Below are positions 1 to 64,000 of a stretch of DNA of 64,000 nucleotides, piece after piece. The position numbers and the translations under genes were made by a program. This DNA is from Octopus sinensis (Eukaryota). The notes under the pieces are model-generated. The model had not been told where the DNA came from, did no database searches, and was given only the letters and a program-made list of their open reading frames with translations. Location of the stretch: NCBI RefSeq assembly GCF_006345805.1, contig NC_043001.1:26970001-27034000 (forward strand), read 5' to 3'. Each line of letters opens with the position of its first letter. Position 1 is the first letter of the stretch.

Positions 1-996
1 CTGTTTCATAGCTCAGTGGTTAGAGCATTGAGCTTACGATCATGAGGTTGTGAGCTCGAATCCCGGACCGGGCTGCATGTTGTGTTCTTGAGCAAGACAC
101 TTTATTTCACGTTGCTCCAGTTCATTCAGCTGTAGAAATGAGTTGCGACGTCACAGGTGCCAAGCTGTATCGGCTTTTGCTTTTCCCTCGGATAACACTG
201 GTGGCATGGAGAGGCGAGACTGGTATGCATGGGCGACTGCTGGTCTTCCATAAACAACCTTGCCCAGACTTGTGCCTGGAAGGGTAACTTTCTAGGTGCA
301 ATCCCATGGTCAGCCATGACCGAAGGGGGTTTCAGCTCAGTCTCACTCAAGAATCTTATAATAATTCAGATCTGTTCAGTTTGGCTAACTTCTAAAATAT
401 GAAATTTTGTCAAAAAGGTTCAAGGTAAACCGTCTTCAGTGGGAGAAATTCTACCAGTATACAATGTTCCAAACTGTTTAGTTAAAAAAAATATTAATTA
501 AAAAATCTATGAGCCAAACAGAACAGATCTAATAATTCCACTCGTTCCTCTGTTACTTAACCCGACCGTAACACTTTCTTGTGATTAATTGGGGGGGGGG
601 AGGAGTGAAATGTATAATTCAATTTTTTTGGGGTCTAAATTTTCTCCTCTGTTACTTAGCCCCTCTGTAATGCTTTCGCATGATTAGTTGAAGGGAAAGA
701 TGAAGAGCAAGAGAAAAAGAGGGACAAAGAAAAAGGAGAGAGAAAAATAGGGCAAGGTGAAGATTGAGAGAGAAAACAGGGAGAGTGCTGTGTATTAAGC
801 CTATAAAATTGTGCATAAAGTATATAAAGTGCATTAAGTAATCATCATATACCAATATCCTTCACTTTTTAATAAATAATAGATGAGTGATTATTTTTTG
901 ACACAGATACAATACAGGCTATGCATTAATGTTTTTTGGATAAAGTTTCCAGAAATAGCCCCAAAAGTTTACCATTAATTTCATGAAATATTCACA

Positions 997-1400
997 GGCA
1001 TAGGAGTGGATGTGTGGTAAGTAGCTTGCTTACGAACCACATGGTTCCGGGTTCAGTTCCACTGTGTGGCACCTTGGACAAGTGTCTTCTACTATAGCCT
1101 CGGGCCTTGTGAGTGGATTTGGTAGACGGAAACTGAAAGAAGCCCATCATATGTATGTATGTATATATATATATACACACGTATGTGTGTGTGTATACGT
1201 TTGTGTGCCTATGTTTGTCCCCCCAACATCGCTTGACAACCAAAGCCGGTATGTTTACGTCCCCATAACTTAGTGGTTCGGCAAAAGAGACCGATAGAAT
1301 AAGTACTAGGCTTACAAAGAATAAGTCCTGGGGGTCGATTTGCTCGACTAAAGGCGGTGCTCCAGCATGGCCACAGTCACATGACTGAAACAAGTAAAAG
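997..1400 (+). mobile_element. tRNA-derived SINE family A. Other copies at about 1640-1885(-), 7661-8035(-), 15520-15850(-), 29281-29618(-), 30480-30670(+), 40430-40770(-), 42470-42840(-), 44260-44620(-), 48430-48800(-), 52390-52750(+), 57835-58210(+)
   Basis: A-box/B-box-like head (tgtggtaagtagc...ggttcagttcc), central microsatellite, conserved tail cagtcacatgactgaaacaagtaaaag. Confidence 0.85.
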
Positions 1401-2033
1401 GAAGGTCCCATTAGTGTATATGAATTTCTTTCTGGAAATGTTTCAAAAAAGAAACTAAAATGTCTTCTATATTACCAAGAAAAAAAGAAGTAAAAATTAC
1501 TCCGAATCTTCAGAAATTCACAGGGAATTTGTCTGGTGACTGTTGGTACTGCCACCCACAGTTGCTTTTGGAATAAGAGTGGGAGAGAAAGAGAGTTTAC
1601 TAAGAAATAGTTTTCTAGGAAATTTTTACTTGCATAAGTTACGGGGACGTAAACACACCAGCATCGGTTGTCAAGCAATGCTAGGGGGACAAACACAGAC
1701 ATATATATATACATATATTCGACAGGCTTCTTTCAGTTTCTGTCTACCAAATCCACTCACAAGGCATTGGTCGGCCCGGGGCTATAGCAGAAGACACTTG
1801 CCCAAGGTGCCACGCAGTGGGACTGAATCCGGAACCATGTGGTTGGTTAGCAAGCTACTTACCACACAGCCACTCCTGTGCCATTATTGAAATAAAATTT
1901 ATATTTATTAAGCAAAAAGACATCAAAGAATTTAATAATATTTTTATAAGTCACATATATTTAACCAGAGGATTTTGAGGGAAATTATTGAACATTTTTA
2001 TTAATCATTATTTTTCTCAACATTCTTTATAGT

Positions 2034-2441
2034 TTATTTAGTATTTTCTGGTTCTTCAGTATTATCTTGTTTCTCAGCATTATCTTCTTCTTCAGAATTA
2101 TCTTGTTCTCTAGTATTATCTTCTTCTTCTTCGGTGTCTTCTTGTCCTTCAGAATCTCGTACTTCAGTTTCCACTTGTACATTAGTATTCCCTTGTACTT
2201 TTGTATTCTCTTGTACTTCAGTTTTGTCTTGTACTTTAGTATCTTCTTGTACTCCAGTATTCTCATTTATTTTAGTATTCTCCCGAGAACGTTTTAATTC
2301 ATTTCCTTTCTCAACTGTTTTCCTATTGTCTTGTTCTTCTGGCATTGGACTTTTTTCTGATTCCTCTTCATTATTGGTAGTCTTGCTTCTGCAATTAGTT
2401 CTTTTGTCTTTTGAAACAGGTTTTTTCTTAGTGTGAGGTTT
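2034..2441 (-). CDS. Putative terminal exon of a second, unrecognised gene: basic N-part then acidic hexapeptide repeats (ENTGVQ/EDTKVQ/DKTEVQ...EDNTRE/QDNSEE)
   Basis: tttacAG acceptor, 408-bp open frame ending in TAA with overlapping AATAAA; 18-bp internal periodicity. Confidence 0.55.
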   Translation of the reverse strand, partial: KPHTKKKPVSKDKRTNCRSKTTNNEEESEKSPMPEEQDNRKTVEKGNELKRSRENTKINENTGVQEDTKVQDKTEVQENTKVQGNTNVQVETEVRDSEGQEDTEEEEDNTREQDNSEEEDNAEKQDNTEEPENTK

Positions 2442-2654
2442 CTGTAAATTATTAAAGCAAACATATATTTGGTGCTGTACTTGTGTTCAGCAAACATTGA
2501 AATGAGATGAAACATATGCAAAAATAAGAAACATGAAAGGCAATAGGGAAATCCAACAATTTGTAGGCTGGGAATTTGGGAACTGGGAATCCTGGAAGAG
2601 TAGCCTTACAAACCTCAAGAAAATACAAAGCATGCAAAATACCATGATACGCAT

Positions 2655-2734
<80 letters not shown>

Positions 2735-2903
2735 CATTAAAAATCTTTAAAATGATAAATTACTTAAGGAAACTGTGTATATAATATAATGTAATGTGTG
2801 TGTGTGTGCATGTGTAAATGTGTGAGTGTGTGCATGTGTAAATGTGTGTGTGTGTGTGCGTGTGTGCATGCACATGTGTGTGTGCATGTGTAAATGTGTG
2901 TGT

Positions 2904-2942
<39 letters not shown>

Positions 2943-3301
2943 TGTGTGTGTATGTGTACATGCTTGTGTGCCCATGGTTTCAGCTGACAGGATCAGGTTG
3001 TAATATAAATAGCTAATGTTATCTCTAACTAAGACAGGCCTGATAACAAGTCTCACCTAGCAATTTATTGTAGCAAACTGAAACATGTTATGACTAGAAC
3101 CTTAATTAATATTTAATATGAAAAATTGGCATTGATATTCTCTCTTTCCATGCAGACAAAACACTCGACTTTTCAACATCCTCATGAACAATAAATATTT
3201 ACACAAACAAGCAAATTATGTTCACATTCACAATAATACAAACACACACTTTAATATATATAAATACATGCATGTATATATATATATATATACATACATA
3301 C

Positions 3302-3523
3302 AACTTGATATATAGAACAGAGTTTGTGTGTGCGTATGCTCCTTATGGATTTGAAAACTGAGTTGCCAATTTTGACATATGAGGTATCAAAAGATTCAGT
3401 AATCTTTGGGCTACCAAAAAGAATATAGTTTTGCACAACAACTTTTTTTTCTACAAAAATAACTTCGAAAACGAGGTCAGGTTGCACAATTTTGAGGTCT
3501 TTAGCTATAGGAGGCAACTCTGC
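3302..3523 (-). CDS. Putative internal exon of the second gene (AELPPIAKDLKIVQPDLVFEVIFVEKK...THKLCSIYQV)
   Basis: ttcAG/GTATGT, 222 bp, phase 0-0, compatible with 2034-2441; no domain recognised. Confidence 0.45.
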
Positions 3524-4367
3524 CTGAACAATCTTTATGTCTTACATAGAGTATAATGAGAAAAATGCTTAAAATACATTGAGTTTTACCAGGGAATGAA
3601 ACTTCAAAGATATACCATCATGGTACCGTGGGCAAGCATTTTCTTCTATAGCCCTTGACCAATCACAGACTTGTGACTGAATTTGGTGGATTGAAACTGC
3701 AGCGTTGTTCATCAGAAAACTACCAAAAACCATGTTTATACAGCAGAGTTGTTTGCTTCATACTCCTCGTGTGCTGATTCTGGCTATAAGAAAGGAACAA
3801 ATAACACAATGTGGCTGTTGGTCATAACATCCAGGCAACACCAGGGTGCATTGCTAGTATGTGTGTGTGTGTAGTTTATTAGTGAACAATTTGCAGATGC
3901 AAGTGCACCCAGTGAAGAATCTCCTTGTACTGGACACGAGGTGCTGAAAGGATCACCTGGAGAGAAAGCATACCATTTTGGGGCCTCTCTCTTGGTGGCT
4001 TTATTGTGCACTGGCTCCACTGCCTGATGTGAGGACTCACTTGCTAGATCAACTGGTTATCAATTTTGACCCAATTTTTTTTTCCTAGCCACATCCCATC
4101 ATCTCTTTTTAGCCAAATCCAGTGACTCGATTTTTCAACTGTGGCTTGCTTACCTTTCATAATGGAATTTGTTTTATGATGGTTCACAACCAGCAGCAAT
4201 TATCATTGCCTCAAACTACTTCGTGGTATTCCACTACAACCAGCTTTGGTTAGATGATATACCACCTTTCAAACAACATCCAGGCATTTGGTGATGTTCA
4301 TGCCAGCCATTCTTCCAAGTCAGTGCAGTACACTATTATTATTTTCATGGGGAATTAGCTTGACTTG

Positions 4368-4416
<49 letters not shown>

Positions 4417-5054
4417 TAATTAATTAAAGAAGACCTTTCAGAAATGACGAGATTATTGTTTTATTAGTTTATTTATATACAAGTATAAAAGGTCTTGGAA
4501 TTTTCCCAAGGAAATGAAATTACTGCTCAACAAAGACATAAAGATTTAAGCAGTATTTTATTTCCTCAGGAAAATCCAGACCTTTTACACCTGTATATAA
4601 ATAAGTTAAGAAATGATACCTACATTACTTCTAACTAATTATTTCTGAATTATCTTAATATTTTAATTTACTCTTCTGTACACTCCAAAAATAAAAAGGA
4701 AAACTTTATTTCTCTTGGATGTATGTATATTTTTTTTTATTCATTCACTAATTTCCATCTTTGTACTACAGCTACAACACTAGGGTACTACACTTAAGGA
4801 TTTTTAAATGATTTCAGTAAATTGTACGGAACTTATTTTCATTGATTGTACAATAATCAAAATGGCTAACTTCATCTGAACTACTTTAAGCAATATACCA
4901 GAAAGTACTTTTGTTTAGCTTATTGGTCTTTGTCCAGTTATTCTTTGTTGAAAAGAAAGAAGAGAATGTACGAGAAGATATCCTTCACAGTAAGTTGGAT
5001 CCTGAAAGTGGTTTGCAATCAGGAGATATGGTTTCCCTTTTGGCTAGTAAGTAC

Positions 5055-5266
5055 TTGTATGTGTGAGGACAATTTGTAAAACTTCAATTCTGGAGTTAAG
5101 GCAGGTATTAAGATCTTTGGGGTTTGGTAGAATTTGTATCCTCTTAGACAAAATCTGCACTGATTGGTTCCATTTATATATGCTTTTAACTTCACAAGCA
5201 CTTTCCATTCATTGCTATATTTCAAAGGCCCTGTTTGACCTACCTGTATTATGGTTGTCATCTTGT
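5055..5266 (-). CDS. Possible exon of the second gene (KMTTIIQVGQTGPLKYSNEWKVLVKLK...FYKLSSHIQ)
   Basis: Open frame, ctAG acceptor, weak GTACTT donor, ends in phase 0; no homology recognised. Confidence 0.25.
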
Positions 5267-6231
5267 CTAGATGATTTAAAGATGAAATGATTATAGAGCC
5301 CTCCCATATGTTGCATTCTTTTTTTTTCTGCTAAATATTTCCCTCAATTTCACATTTTAGCAGATATACTTTAGGTAAATTGATAAATGTGGATTAAAGT
5401 TTCTTGTCTTAAAACGCAACACTATATCTGCAATAGGTTTGAACCTACAAACTAAGAGTTGGCAATTTAATATTATAACTATTTGTCCATTACTCTTCCT
5501 ACCACACATTCCCTACCATTTCTGTGTTATATTTATCTCTTTGTCACATTTGTATTTATTTTGTGAATCTAATTATTATGGCAATTTCATTGTTGCTTGA
5601 ATCTACCACAAGATTTACATATTTTTGCAATTCTCTTGAGAAAAACAAAATTGTAACCATATTTTGATTCTGAAAAAGTATGGAAGACCATAAGACTCTT
5701 TTATGGTCTTCTGTATTTCTCTCCTTCCCTCCCAACCTCTCTCTCTTTCTTTCTATGTGTATATGTACATCCATATGAGTATCTAACTTGCACACATAGA
5801 CATGCATACACATGTGGGTGTATACATGCAAACACACACACACACACATACACGCACACACACACACACACACACACACCACACACACCAGCTAATTCAA
5901 CAGTTTTATTGCCATATGACCCTTGTATAAAACAGTACATAAATTAAGAAAACATGTACAGCTGAAATGGAGATATCAAAGAATACTGTGAACATTATTT
6001 TTGACTGAATTTTATTAAATTTTTCTTTTTACAAATATCAGTTTTCTCTTTTGATTATTTTTCATGGCATTTCTAAAAACATTTTCCAGTTATGGCTTGG
6101 TGAAATCAATGAAGCTATTGTTTTATTCTCTTTGTTCATTTTCGATTTTATGAGGAGGTTACCTTGTTTACAAGACATTGCTGTGTAGTTAGTAGCTGAA
6201 TAGTTACAATTGTTAGCATTTATTTGTGTTC

Positions 6232-63415
<57,184 letters not shown>

Positions 63416-63719
63416 CTGGAAAAGAAAATATATGAAAATTATTTGAATTTACTGTCATTCATACTTTTTTTTAGGGATGAAGGCTGTAAAAAGTCAAATC
63501 CACCTCTGAATAAATCTATCACTTTTTATTAATTTCATAGTGATGGAAATCAAAGTTATGTCTAAAACAAATTTGAACTCAGAATGCAGTGATGTAAAAC
63601 TGAACACCAGAAAGTACAAGGTGTTTGGGCTAAATTTGACAGTTTGCATCAAAGGTAAAAGATACGATATCTCATCCAAAAATACAAGTATTTTAAAAAC
63701 TCTAAAAACATCAACTACA

Positions 63720-64000
63720 TTATGGCTGGGTGATAGTAATTAACTTAAAATAGCCAGCCTCAACTTTTATCACAGCCTCACAGCTACAGAACCTGGTGTA
63801 TGCATTCCTTACTATGTCCCTGTGAAGATCTTTGAACACCTCCTTGATCTTGGCTACCAGCTCAGACTTGGTGTTGCAGGCAGAGTGGCTGGTAGCTTTC
63901 TCAACTGCATCCCACATATAGTAACCCATGGGATTACAATCATGGGGAATTGAGAGGCCAGGAATTGGGGCTGGTGAAGATGTAGAAATTATTGGACAAC
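63720..64000 (-). mobile_element. Tc1/mariner-superfamily transposase C-terminal remnant
   Basis: WPLNSP..CNPMGYYMWDAVEK...KSELVAKIKEVF (ORF 63720-63929). Confidence 0.7.

Noticed and set aside
11-71. tRNA-like sequence at SINE heads (also 34440-34500, 32870-32930)
   Set aside because: Embedded in multi-copy SINE bodies without a complete cloverleaf; not functional tRNA genes
3784-4330. Short ORFs between the candidate exons of the second gene
   Set aside because: No consistent splice-site and phase combination and no recognisable motif

Overview
AT-rich, microsatellite- and retroposon-dense animal genomic DNA. The SINE/RTE repeat types and composition suggest an octopus (inference). Most of the window (6232-63415, minus strand, 5' end beyond the window) is one multi-exon gene for a modular serine-protease homolog: seven split (two-exon) LDL-receptor class A modules, several with Thr-rich linkers, then a single-exon LDLa, two SRCR domains, a Thr-rich linker and a trypsin-fold domain. 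I reconstructed the exons by hand; splice phases match across every junction. His57 and Asp102 are intact, but the nucleophile motif reads GDDGGP (Ser195->Asp) and Asp189 is Asn, so the product is probably a non-catalytic binding protein. The LDLa region (39.6-63.4 kb) is an expanding array of cassettes. It contains a recent ~3 kb direct duplication and a ~3.5 kb inverted, circularly permuted insertion carrying an intact LDLa cassette in antisense, flanked by a ~144 bp duplication with microhomology junctions. Three candidate exons of an unrecognised minus-strand gene lie at 2.0-5.3 kb. Introns hold a two-LTR Gypsy element with TSD, Tc1/mariner-superfamily remnants, RTE, R4-like and Penelope-like fragments, non-autonomous Helitrons, several tRNA-derived SINE families, palindromes and long microsatellites. 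Two single-base frameshifts may be sequencing errors. TE boundaries without a stated terminal signature are approximate.
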